A DNA stretch of 38,262 nt. It comes from Candidatus Omnitrophota bacterium. GTDB taxonomy: Bacteria; Omnitrophota; Gorgyraeia; Gygaellales; Profunditerraquicolaceae. The position numbers and the translations under genes were made by a program. Every line of letters begins with the position of its first letter. The stretch's first letter is position 1. The DNA lies in assembly GCA_028715095.1 (NCBI GenBank), contig JAQUSM010000001.1, forward strand, positions 1 to 38,262. Reading direction: 5' to 3'. Below, piece after piece: positions 25,501 through 28,712 of the stretch. The notes under the pieces are model-generated. The model saw only the letters and a list, made by a program, of their open reading frames with translations, did not search any database and was not told the DNA's origin.

Positions 25501-27915
25501 GCAGTCGTTTTTACTACGTCGAACACATTAGGATGGATTCCGCAGGAAAAGGAGGGGTTATTATTTAAGAGGGTTCAATACTCAGATTTGAAAAATTCTT
25601 CTACTGCGGTAGAGTTATTGCGGAGTTTATTAGATAGAGAAGAAAAAGTAAGCGTCAGTTCTCCGGCTGTACAGGAAGACCTTGCTGGTCCTCAAGATTC
25701 GACTTCGAAGCTTAGCGTAGGATTATTGTCGAAAATCGAGGATCATATGAGAGCGGAATTAAAAAAGATAGATGATGAGATTGATAAGGAAATAGAGGTT
25801 ATGCCTTTTGATGATAAACCGCACCGATTGTCCAACAAAATAATGGAACGCTACCGCCTCTTGTTTAACGAACTTTGCGGAATTGGCCGTGGCAAACCGG
25901 AATTTGATCACTTATCATATTTAATGCAGGACGGAAAATTTACTCCAACAATGGCTATGAACGCATTGCAGAGGTTATTCTTAAAAGAAAACAGGCTTTT
26001 AGTATTTTCTATTGGAAGAGATCCTGTTGATGGAAGAATTATAGAAAATATGCCCGCGCTTTCAGTGTTTAAGGTAAAAGAAACGCAACTAGTTACAGAA
26101 GATATTATAGATAAACATGTAGACGCATTGGCAATATTTGTTGATGGTTTGATTGTGCAAGATTACGCCACAAGACGCCGTATGGGATTTGAATCTTATC
26201 TAGCATTTGCCATACATGGGGTGACCATTGATGGAGCAGTCCCAGTTGTAATAAATAAAGGGAGTATTGCTGCTGAGCTTAAGCGTTACTACGGAATACG
26301 TTTAGAAATGGAAGCTACGGGTCAGCTTCCGGATTTCTATAGAAAGAATATTCCGCTTCTCAATGAGGCGTTGGCAAAACTTTTGATAAAACAGTGGCCT
26401 CAACCAAACAAAGATATCTCCGATTTTATTGCGAAGCATTTGGACGAATACATACGTAGAATTATATTGCATGAGTTAACGCATGTGCATATAGCAGGCA
26501 CGGATGATGATGAAATATTCGCATATCTTGTCGAGATCGCACAGACGCCTTATAGCTGGTTAAGGCTATTTGATGTCGTTTATAGTATTAGTCCCCCAGT
26601 TAGAAGCACGTCGATCGAGCATGATTATGCCTCAAATAATTTTCTGCGCAACTTTATTCAGGGTATTTTCCAAAAGTATGAACCTGGTTCGTTAAAAGAC
26701 ATTCCTGAGGATCGGCATCGTGCTGCGGCAACCAAATTACCTGATACTTATCCTGCAGGACTATTCATGGCGATCTCTGATATTCCTGAAGAAGTGCTTA
26801 AAGCAGAGGCGAAAACAAAATTCTTAGAGTTAAAAGAAAAAGCCCCGACTTCCATTACTCCTGACGGTTCTTCTCTGCCGGGAGCAGCCGGCAGCTCGCC
26901 GATACAATTAGATAATACTTACGATGGACTTATTAACCGTTTTAAAGGCATAGGAAAAGAGCTAAAAGTAGTAAATTTAAAGTTTTCTGAGGAAGTATCC
27001 CATAAGCTTAAAACAAGGATGGTCGGGTGGAGGAACGGATTGAAAGCAAGGAAGAAAGAGCTTGATTTGTTTTTTACTAATAATCAAGCGTTGAGCGAGG
27101 AGGATAGCCGTAAATTAAATAAATTTATAAGCGGGATTGCTGAGTATGTAGAAAAAAGACGCAACCTCATCAGGCCGCAGGAGCCTTTAGCCGTTGCCGA
27201 AAAGATATTGTTTACTACAGTTGGATATGGGTATCCTTATGCGGAAATCGATATAACAAGTGTTCCTGGAGCAGTGAGAGTTTATAGTACAATTCTAGCC
27301 AAGAGCAATAATGAGAAGTTTAGAGAATTAATGGATGAAGCAATGGTGAGAATGCAGAGGATACTTGAGGTTTTAAACAGGGTGATAGAAGAAGGAAGTA
27401 TAGATTTAGCACTTGCCGGAAGAAGTGGGCAGCAGGTTGTGGTAGTAAAAGAAGAAACGATACGAAGGATCTACAATGAAGTAAGCGGAGTTTCCAGCTC
27501 TCCAGTAGAAGATGAAAAAGGCGGTATTGATATGCGGTCGCTTACCAGGTATACCAAGGTGGAGCAGATACGCAGCCGCGTTTCGGGTGAACAGCCTCAG
27601 CTAGCAGGGGCAGCTCCGGCTTCTGATAAAGAATGGCAGGAGATAGAAATGATGGCAAGTTCAGGCATAGCTCCTTCTTGTGAGCGATTAAGAGAATACC
27701 TTTTGTCTTTGCAGGATCCAAGTAACCAGATAGACAAAGTCCTTACTTGTATCGCGGATATCTTGAGGCAGGAGGAGGAAAAGGCCTGTTGTACGGAATC
27801 ATCTTTGAGAGAAATACTGATTCTGCTTGAATCAGGCAGGCCGGTAAATGAATTAAGGCTGGCATTGGCAAAGATACAGGTTTTGTCTAAAGAGCCGCAA
27901 TTGATAGAGCAATAA
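7480..27915 (+). CDS. Giant multidomain secreted or membrane-associated protein of 6,811 aa (6,835 codons if the TTG at 7408 is counted); overall function unknown
   Basis: A single stop-free frame runs for 20.5 kb in AT-rich DNA, while every other ORF in the other five frames across this interval is under 160 codons. The ATG at 7480 opens a classical signal peptide, MKIKTIRSFKIIAIILSFLLIFEQSGFAQ. Sub-features below list the recognisable motifs scattered along it. A hairpin plus T-tract follows the stop. Confidence 0.9.
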   Translation: MKIKTIRSFKIIAIILSFLLIFEQSGFAQIAGELDISSHFLALRNNFIQERFRPLHLRYLSYDPGVNNFNLLLDKGDFVKGVSAKGAVLQENLQQETKILLDYFFVGISLPNEAFWVNLRPDAEDNIIDRELAETDVGRILLEADLQLKKDTANFTSPQTPEGKEYWNKLYSKAEELYGNENITIPTLTRPWIVPDEIIIRESSDNAYIYKATLKVMLEQDYLKDSSTYSFQDQRSKALNEYSSRLIRETIIPKLTKEVNSSKRYAPLRQVYYSLILAQWFKQEFYGKSGLYSYLIDRHRLDGLTSKTSWSKTTYFNSYKTSFQQGEYNIKEPRSTPYGQTIRSYMSGGLDLGQIVSSAIIQGAVQGNKDYGSGLLISKHGLGFHFSGGTASNPFGLEVDVVLPIDTDIPRAIGQLPVVGSPLSGNSPFLQKQVFSRSLISKNNETNFLSRALKNLSALARAVFASRSGSKRGALERMLNSQGINFKIDVSIGDIADDFMELSAFTVSLIPQKVLKECVSGLEFGADPAGAYTDADEPGSYSNEDKIAYVYQRSFAFWDAYLLARIILHEVGHGFEGGFSEEDAGKIKAAYSLIRQKILNGYKDYSLYLKQDDNILSLDNRKAIVIYTDKPDASQFIAEFFREFILNGEELRAMIQSQKDGEVKEALGTIYGIYKKRFNKEYYTRDVKGLRGMLERIPATVAKHIARDYKQFSEFRGVAGIFYLRYGLTLDEYTALAEKEGQNVSVEVLYKIILSSLASKTQVEFEHWKLKLASTQQALYDKLISVLHDYAQAITSMHSGNIDDMELHGILQDLRQVLLEIKTQSSPKSNEYILATEYAPIVFNVSLSALSQESHLPSLDDILSKQHQSAISAAEVSSSGLAVKDELISSVKDNSWKPVVPEGPSQYGILSSLFYRLDKNSVPEEFPIVSVVDDGLQLPDSDELCLSDKVTASRLKDEGIEFLSGELLGSKNFLNALKAECAQKGSDLKKFLKQHLIYAMSPSLLRKGESNNSALRYLREMLGDDIVEKYPKTTQAFIPLILSIFQKSSQVSAINFFESGAGGTSCGNTRRSLSGTIPLTKMLVYVYQLNAVMEEAYLKTNKSPGELVEALINLGFGPPLYNSVETISYALELLLAQWEKDGFTENAFMFFTMGLEQALESTSSAPYRQYIRRPAGLKDKNWFAGVTDDFSTIDNNLTKEGWLYFITHEKDFSEFIGILTGNGYRFSRFDIKELLMLSKKEGMKDFIADLGAYGYKFKKEHTSALLEMFGRREEIIKKIKEMKVIRPEYTYYIFEDGSKYHYDPEEVLIHSLVNYEIGFYEDLNKLFGVLNSEFAPFAEDIRVELFKVYSDFSKPGYQSVMRYLSMSKESPAQKIKSVKELVKLAGFINGLAEPGTSSKNEIGAIVKALLSVDTSYREAGINFLMSDENSVLATVKIELLRYLLTLGFPQGVLLAIINRAEKINRTMRLEFYRGINNILRTKSMLEIDSVADWNTMLNDYISRFGFLTERNLILLHRYLFNEMPLEDARIQQFLPEGIDAAVYLLSENDSWFISTALRLALASVHALEKMRIPAKGIRDWLSKTRLFTERKGVLTSTGVKGIEEIENIFKGAWLRLLEEETLDTKTLSLPILDALLGGKLGFYTSQWGHGSSRGMKLRDFTFAFNNLKRRGMIPELSPVFAQSGKFTVRKRGRIEFTSDEQNKFSEFSLLIKEAAGLSAEPIDKQVQQFKLKAVEIVEAKLQELNSKVDTSEGKAKEAMVRQIDKLDNVLISINSAKYDNLIGLAEELVSVKELSNIVELVLLTYSLGGQRESILLKNIMEAVNGDISEIALRRIIELKTHTIKDHTLAAVEKNTKAYLLKTINIAIFQKALARVEAISGDNIEVKAFATKGILGELAGDIGDACYTGQSNIMARISPSQITAVIFSAGNGLNTELIGSMLILENTINGKPAFILRAVNPSESFLSRYDAEDFLKGAIKYIEERVGGKTEFVVAPTGNTGALSNRNEINTAFKKFTDNEKLDLDKEETFNGYNITKGIVSKVSSSPLSGAKDISFADDDTLIGESDELPNSLSVASSTVDQSKENNIDLSRRKGIIISLATVLSLKILGPSKALAQLLNSDEMFYLHLAGSDPKKTVLDFKKYEGQTFAKNVLKAAINKNADVVLEHAEVFINETYAQELFELATQTWPQSVLRHAYQIIKQPYAQKIIEAAASKYPMGALEYSFNYAKQSYAEEIIAAAAKSEPVAALKFAKAYIEEPYAKGILEGAAKKNYLATLEYSKNYFNKQYMRPIIEQCVRRSAWGALRFASGYLDMPGARALIEGAAELRPDTAMRYSFEYMAAPYAKDIIIKSALQEPAAAIIETRGVGWVLEEKRKDVPEIDIILRIAASEYRGKQERIGALLDMIMDDIGSGIDADRAMYKASKISENDNEFFKELMRIKSKKSPRGAASVDRFLKRLSLILIRDMNDMHDLTAERRFRALNDYDAGMLYTMIVYGEDEVYTSTFNGIFNILVKKMKENNISGEKLLEMVGKNKFRVFIKLTAAFKRLNEFWDILEVKSKKDELIKEFVQGLAGIRIDNERLSQTIAVADTFSVINGGYQQVILREAIDEYKKMETAGNKEGVRVYGILIGIFGSQLSIEEPWFQKMYQDYPVPDLTAIDGSQLFDPNGAQVNTQVHFFYNDPDGKNSFDNFKKLFKKNEIKESPDKSFIVITKQRADKKIIIYANNPYTDAVKGQMQVDKALKERGIEPQVVVHRGHSFHLGDTIERITAKAKIVFLGACGGYNYIVDVLERAPLAHIVSTKGTGKNDVNNPLLDMLNNELLSGKGIQWEGFWQKAKKRLGESKDFSDYVPPHRNLGVLFLKTYYNVTENVSKTIPHTGNQGFLREIIDSLTPEVILPITVFNMAINKITGRDPMDRREFLGLGRKTEQLGSADSSLSREEIQMKWENFINTAYFYHGTSSLFKNSIIENGLDASLKPFDRKEILDFFNIYYKKFSGMNDSPKNEGNIDKIFLTTNQKTAEIYAENPPEVINILLRACGEMEEAYEQKTEAGKKLNSDDLEFIKNMFDKYNHYKENHRPLVMKIKIKAAIEAALRYRLSVLGDEELKKYGLADSERNLGGILAAKTKGKLAPEQLLNIDGLFSALDFDVFMAYSQNVKGMFKQNWDDFLSQTFPRLISGPTDEIAIQQVASKEIEAVAGSSLQNPLPAAPASALQGGQENKNGMNRRTFLGILGLGGLAVLLGLSDSGNAGEPLREDAQPEEGVQKQVDWDKARGFIADKLAEKYPEKKQAQDIKNVFGGYEKDKSKAYREISKLLNSMAKEMDKEQRIGSNSNGWFTMYFIYIDGLYENFGQKIIFPFGKKFAFLDSSNNQGTRKIMEDMLEEEASTAKKWLGRIGGIFAAAGTGALIYNNIIKPWFARRFARALKEELGAINSITFNDDGFTLRTRSSRIEIDFSAKSIKIFSTSGGKEKMAHKRQDSRRYYDYYGFSIESAAWDYIIAGQDKEMLLNYIPIKLRDNEYYGYMSTRLKMESLLKGIVATIRDFNEYSFQDLLRIVELLEKEERVSQQALVRWLIEAKKRGQALRSALDKLQDLLKLLDGQPQEAVDAGMNLLITKPYLDTPHLRVWLEDAVSRGQDKAKLVSDLNDYYSITRALLRLGDYENETAQTIHLILRDNPEIKRHNLLSWLRDAKQGGKDGKEFLSGLKRLVLINKRFIEDREAHWPRSGYADDYKRLEDVLLSQSGKLLLTLGGIYDAGYLNSLLQLYIGGYLSASLWGKEYQHFKEIENILEENINLIDAANLLELKKKEISGNNKLEALILAKASVDPSFVGSIAENIKKETSPQVNKNLINLLFSFEGAEETIRDILMGINPEDAAQKHIRNEYSWQWQLLEEWPDNEKSIARIMKKYPELLSKVLAIAKPLVPSYKGNPPYYKRHFPLIISAALSNIRELSVSADEFRDLLEMLNNWQCRPDCLKAISYAVLNNPALYQELLAEENIFDAEYLLGVKMLPVWLRMKLQRQFLEHFKYAFSQLRPDQSSTILAAMIRNMVLNGRVEARDLDLLTTLSERSEAVNTVFFCRELRKIGYEIDKSDYFTYGDFRFIHKLAQQPGITAFLRKLRSYGFILRDDFGAKIGMLRSIFENRAEYFPKIEAIRSVLPDFKYRPLLEDLSPASVLISFLEKYPSRAVSMMSNLEGVLAAVNPEAVPYAEKIREVCATLNYPAFLVNSFLNGSLNELLQKFTGTDDFLRFMLTENIPEADFKKEFILFLAGYTRATQSQFDILIETFRSTLNNPQQSAQIADIIGSWFSSADTTFSLPRDVSTAMKNISSGNMDNSDLMHVLANYLAISKALQQEGMQRSIAYKDVLELIKKRSNGATVFEDIPEEHTRNIEGLVYEAIIIWNKLLEIERAGKKQIVVANLSYGGVAVTPITEERNNQAYIVATQIPVWYTKVGSTPAHNNEYVLVPGLFTPNQIKFLIEEKPYVSVVDGSTSVAASDRSSPHIPDAFKGYRNYFIVLNHALGETFDPKDFDVDEEFVNGLLATAEAQELIKKIQILAIKPRAPNGYKFGFSYERKADSEKSEFLYLRESKKEAAEAKKLNINEALKQNNPFCIFHQSGVHPNDVDSELMPEKYQPCFFDDKDHFKQFYLDYEDGYGVVLSKRYAYAARELFRRFMLQKGVDVMSGRFTTDSIRPIDTLVLDLDGTLTEAVGGNIENGTANIINYLLKKGVRIIIITDDVKANVEKRIAKLDKSPNLVVFTDGGARADGGVFEQYNAKNIISPDLREKILNMARANFPFGAWKEGENDSPYRIQITDIQERTNFIERFQDLLDKEGIEAKVYKVGKNSARVTLAHKEVAFTEAIKTFNLDVSKSLIIADSARSYRIDRKLLTDFPESVSVNIGKFSPSIEKDNQRIVQYAGQGTAATKMLLSSVAFRGGLPQRLLISFVQSQPLEYAEAASSLTNAVESAGSALEEVNPQKISAALGKMEKQAVGEREIYGLAARLQEVFKWDDYFGNFTSEMWIELLRCKGVKELKGLDIKDGILIKQGDTVNDEQAMFLIEKGGVRVSEDAHGIWIADLEEGNYVGEIGAGSSNRLRTATVRIKEGASETKFLAIPMSVFSALGLSRVFSEISRQRSNRLKSRERLAEKDYTRILKKYPDTEFDEDSPVTKAYNLALKIINPKENPLSVDVTYHNPYHWNELLDFIDVVLQGMGDNLKNKNRKIIFMLARVAAYLHDIGYYLSNDQGKFTVVGHEDRSKEFVRNNMKELGLSSRYVNAIQFMIEHTKLKIGEEFENKLGLINRALAEMHNGKLSDKTEVFLKEILPDLDLNLASDLDFANDVLIAAKALAVADLYAATVDMVPFLWLEFTLEGSPAGKTTMLEQIAASRDFHKGVVEPQRLKLLLGGGFGLEKLIMDSGLLERLKSAREKNIGIMQQYAEAVKQIKAIDTAESVKKTAETNLVNLINGLDDDMVGPLKDELLAEVKTLVLKSSAVGAGSALQNPETGLIGSKTLGNYKFVLQGQGKEGYLLKIFGKRGVAGEIKFRLYNLPDDRKGVFVENVFASDAYRKDFRKDFEKGIYSNMLKEIIEIGEQYSRGINKVTEITGAINNLETLQGLYGAIAGSRPTEEREEVERLSGVEKKNYYEHTEPLIKMLKKAIIEEMGSEEGRMELDRKLPDTLLVKARSGGGFSGNHHMRVEGDQIILISNTPVNSAGSSLEMRPEEAAKLIREAAQENYEKWGLLSERLKTARRILVRVPGRDNRGGHEFPLGEIAATLPILIKALIISGESIEKIIVQCDSYPELVEALGENRVKLAEPSKTTDELRSIYSPDLVIDFDTVALGEEIPENTVKFPVAKLWMSLDRHREMREILTSAGLSIPKEGQAIIRREREKDGQTAIFVNPHSDSNKNDNVDLWVGLIRELVSRGYKVVLNSGKEAGKDQAHTKNILEKLREEVRLGDVKEFKGSITDLLNTFSKKIDGVVTIDSGIFHVVHNLYSLPAVVFTTSNTLGWIPQEKEGLLFKRVQYSDLKNSSTAVELLRSLLDREEKVSVSSPAVQEDLAGPQDSTSKLSVGLLSKIEDHMRAELKKIDDEIDKEIEVMPFDDKPHRLSNKIMERYRLLFNELCGIGRGKPEFDHLSYLMQDGKFTPTMAMNALQRLFLKENRLLVFSIGRDPVDGRIIENMPALSVFKVKETQLVTEDIIDKHVDALAIFVDGLIVQDYATRRRMGFESYLAFAIHGVTIDGAVPVVINKGSIAAELKRYYGIRLEMEATGQLPDFYRKNIPLLNEALAKLLIKQWPQPNKDISDFIAKHLDEYIRRIILHELTHVHIAGTDDDEIFAYLVEIAQTPYSWLRLFDVVYSISPPVRSTSIEHDYASNNFLRNFIQGIFQKYEPGSLKDIPEDRHRAAATKLPDTYPAGLFMAISDIPEEVLKAEAKTKFLELKEKAPTSITPDGSSLPGAAGSSPIQLDNTYDGLINRFKGIGKELKVVNLKFSEEVSHKLKTRMVGWRNGLKARKKELDLFFTNNQALSEEDSRKLNKFISGIAEYVEKRRNLIRPQEPLAVAEKILFTTVGYGYPYAEIDITSVPGAVRVYSTILAKSNNEKFRELMDEAMVRMQRILEVLNRVIEEGSIDLALAGRSGQQVVVVKEETIRRIYNEVSGVSSSPVEDEKGGIDMRSLTRYTKVEQIRSRVSGEQPQLAGAAPASDKEWQEIEMMASSGIAPSCERLREYLLSLQDPSNQIDKVLTCIADILRQEEEKACCTESSLREILILLESGRPVNELRLALAKIQVLSKEPQLIEQ
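9172..9210 (+). other. HExxH zinc-metallopeptidase-like motif 1 (ARIILHEVGHGFEGG)
   Basis: HEVGH is encoded at 9184-9198 and is preceded by a hydrophobic helix (FWDAYLLARIIL). I could not identify a third metal ligand by eye. Confidence 0.4.
13741..13830 (+). other. Internal signal-peptide-like or transmembrane segment 1 (DLSRRKGIIISLATVLSLKILGPSKALAQ)
   Basis: A basic RRK is followed by a ~16-aa hydrophobic stretch and then an A-x-A-type ALA-Q box. This is the same architecture as the N-terminal signal peptide. Confidence 0.55.
13912..14590 (+). repeat. Eight tandem copies of a ~28-aa (84-nt) helical repeat, consensus roughly PYAxxIIExAAxxxPxxALxYxxxYxxx
   Basis: Units read in register include TYAQELFELATQTWPQSVLRHAYQIIKQ, PYAQKIIEAAASKYPMGALEYSFNYAKQ, SYAEEIIAAAAKSEPVAALKFAKAYIEE, PYAKGILEGAAKKNYLATLEYSKNYFNKQ, PGARALIEGAAELRPDTAMRYSFEYMAA and PYAKDIIIKSALQEPAAAIIE. 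The DNA copies have diverged. Confidence 0.75.
15500..15960 (+). other. Possible Cys/His (clan CD-like) alpha/beta peptidase-type module
   Basis: Hydrophobic strands alternate (VHFFY, FIVITK, IIIYAN). PQVVVHRGHSFH follows, with His codons at 15745, 15754 and 15763. About 25 aa later comes KIVFLGACGGYN with Cys at 15823-15825. His-after-strand and Cys-after-strand is the caspase/gingipain/CHAT pattern. This rests on motifs only. Confidence 0.3.
16342..17070 (+). other. Possible ADP-ribosyltransferase-fold (H-Y-E / Tpt1-like) module
   Basis: AYFYHGTSSLFKNSIIENGL (YHGT at 16351-16362) resembles the diphtheria toxin / exotoxin A YHGT...SI..G motif. KIFLTTNQKTAEIYA resembles the toxin F/Y-S-T-x-x-K...Y segment. 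A candidate catalytic Glu lies in PTDEIAIQQV (Glu codon 17032-17034). Confidence 0.35.
17155..17235 (+). other. Internal twin-arginine (Tat)-like signal or transmembrane segment (MNRRTFLGILGLGGLAVLLGLSDSGNA)
   Basis: An in-frame ATG at 17155 is followed by RRTFLG (Tat consensus S/T-RRxFLK), a 16-aa hydrophobic stretch and then a small-residue region. AGGAAAA lies 10-17 nt upstream. A second hydrophobic helix, IGGIFAAAGTGALIYNNII, follows at about 17665-17720. Confidence 0.6.
21580..22260 (+). other. HAD-superfamily phosphatase-like module
   Basis: Motif I is LVLDLDGTLTE, with Asp codons at 21595 and 21601. Motif II is a hydrophobic strand plus Thr in VRIIIITDD. A motif IV-like LIIADSARSYRID lies near 22118-22155. 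Confidence 0.6.
22481..22880 (+). other. Cyclic-nucleotide-binding (CAP/CRP-type) like module
   Basis: GILIKQGDTVNDEQAMFLIEKGGVRV ... EEGNYVGEIGAGSSNRLRTATVRI ... TKFLAIPMSVF matches the G-x-x-x-GE ... R-[TS]-A-T-V phosphate-binding-cassette pattern. Confidence 0.55.
23070..23360 (+). other. HD-domain phosphohydrolase-like module
   Basis: YHNPYHWNELLDF ... ARVAAYLHDIGYY (His-Asp codons at 23203-23208) ... VVGHEDRSKEFV follows the H...HD...H/D spacing typical of HD domains. Confidence 0.5.
24751..25560 (+). other. Glycosyltransferase family 9 (heptosyltransferase)-like module
   Basis: The N-terminal half starts RILVRVPGRDNRGG...LPILIKAL. The C-terminal half, AIFVNPHSDSNKND..LWVGLIRELVSRGYKVVLNSGKEAGKD...EFKGSITDLLNTFSKKIDGVVTIDSGIFHVVHNLYSLPAVVFT, aligns position for position with the WaaC/WaaF pattern (F..(S/T)...K.W....W..L...L...G..vvL.G......L.G.tsL.el..li..a...v..DSG..Hla.al..P.v.lfG). 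Confidence 0.55.
26458..26500 (+). other. HExxH zinc-metallopeptidase-like motif 2 (RRIILHELTHVHIAG)
   Basis: HELTH is encoded at 26470-26484. It shares the RIILHE context with motif 1 at 9172-9198. Confidence 0.4.
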
Positions 27916-27987
27916 AAGGGGCGCTTACCTTCCCAAAAGGTTTATCAGCCAGAAAGAAGGTTCCCTAATAAGCGTCCCTTTTTATTT
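27916..27987 (+). terminator. Rho-independent terminator of the giant gene (compound hairpin plus T-tract)
   Basis: AAGGGGCGCTTA (27916-27927) pairs with TAAGCGTCCCTT (27969-27980) for 12 bp including one G-U. An inner CCTTC/GAAGG helix is also possible. TTTTTATTT follows. It starts 1 nt after the TAA stop. Confidence 0.6.
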
Positions 27988-28009
27988 ACGATAGCACGGA
28001 GAAATAGCC

Positions 28010-28038
28010 TTGACAAAGTGCCTTTGAAGTGCTATATT
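28010..28038 (+). promoter_or_regulatory. Near-consensus sigma70 promoter of the pyr operon
   Basis: TTGACA (28010-28015), an exact 17-nt spacer, then TATATT (28033-38). It lies 135 nt upstream of the pyrR ATG and just downstream of the preceding terminator. Confidence 0.7.
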
Positions 28039-28094
28039 TATATAAATAAATTAACCTTTAAGCTGGCTCTTGAGAAGTCGGCAAGGCAGATAAA

Positions 28095-28169
28095 ATGCTG
28101 AATAAAGTTATGGAAAATAAGAACCCTTGGCAGAGAAACCAAGGGTATTTTTTTGCCCGCAAAGGATAA
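28095..28169 (+). CDS. Candidate 24-codon leader peptide (MLNKVMENKNPWQRNQGYFFARKG) in the pyrR leader
   Basis: The ATG at 28095 has AAGG 8 nt upstream. The ORF reads straight through the attenuator hairpin. It stops at 28167-28169, 3 nt before the pyrR ATG, and overlaps the pyrR Shine-Dalgarno AAAGGA. Confidence 0.4.
   Translation: MLNKVMENKNPWQRNQGYFFARKG
28123..28154 (+). terminator. Attenuator hairpin plus U-tract in the pyrR leader, with a PyrR-box-like CAGAGA loop
   Basis: ACCCTTGG (28123-28130) pairs with CCAAGGGT (28139-28146). The loop is CAGAGAAA. ATTTTTTT follows, with the T run at 28148-28154. It lies 19 nt upstream of the pyrR start. Confidence 0.6.
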
Positions 28170-28172
28170 ACC

Positions 28173-28712
28173 ATGAAAGAAAAAGCCAAGATTCTGGACA
28201 AAGAAGGGGTACAGCGCGCGGTTACGCGTATTGCCCATGAGATAATTGAAAAGAATAACGGTATAAATGAACTTTGTTTAGTGGGTATCAGGAACCGCGG
28301 GGTTTATATAGCTAAAAGGATCGCGGATTGTATTGGTAAAATAGAAAGTAAGCAGGTTCCCACGGGAGCCCTGGATATTACTCTTTATCGTGATGACCTG
28401 GCTTTAGCCAGCGGCCAGCCGTTGGTGCGTAAAACCGAGATTGATTTTGATATCAATAACAAAACCCTTGTGCTTGTTGATGACGTGCTTTATACCGGCA
28501 GGACTATCCGCGCCGCCCTGGATGCGTTGATAGATTTTGGCCGGCCGAAAACAATACAACTGGCGGTATTGATTGATAGGGGGCATCGTGAACTTCCTAT
28601 CCGGGCAGATTTTGTGGGTAAAAATATACCGACATCTAGAAAAGAATCTGTAGAAGTGCATTTGCTTGAGCCTGATGGCAGGGATGAAGTAGTAATTATG
28701 GAGAAAGATTAG
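28173..28712 (+). CDS. pyrR: Bifunctional pyrimidine operon regulator / uracil phosphoribosyltransferase PyrR
   Basis: The 179-aa product has the PRTase motif [21 protein letters not shown] and C-terminal [18 protein letters not shown]. It is first in the pyr operon. Confidence 0.93.
   Translation: MKEKAKILDKEGVQRAVTRIAHEIIEKNNGINELCLVGIRNRGVYIAKRIADCIGKIESKQVPTGALDITLYRDDLALASGQPLVRKTEIDFDINNKTLVLVDDVLYTGRTIRAALDALIDFGRPKTIQLAVLIDRGHRELPIRADFVGKNIPTSRKESVEVHLLEPDGRDEVVIMEKD

Noticed and set aside
7308-28000. Giant gene as a mobile genomic island
   Set aside because: I found no flanking direct repeats, integrase, transposase or adjacent tRNA. tRNA-Glu is 2.7 kb away with glmS and rsmI in between. 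The strand and apparent composition match the neighbours by eye. A formal GC or k-mer skew calculation would be needed to be sure.
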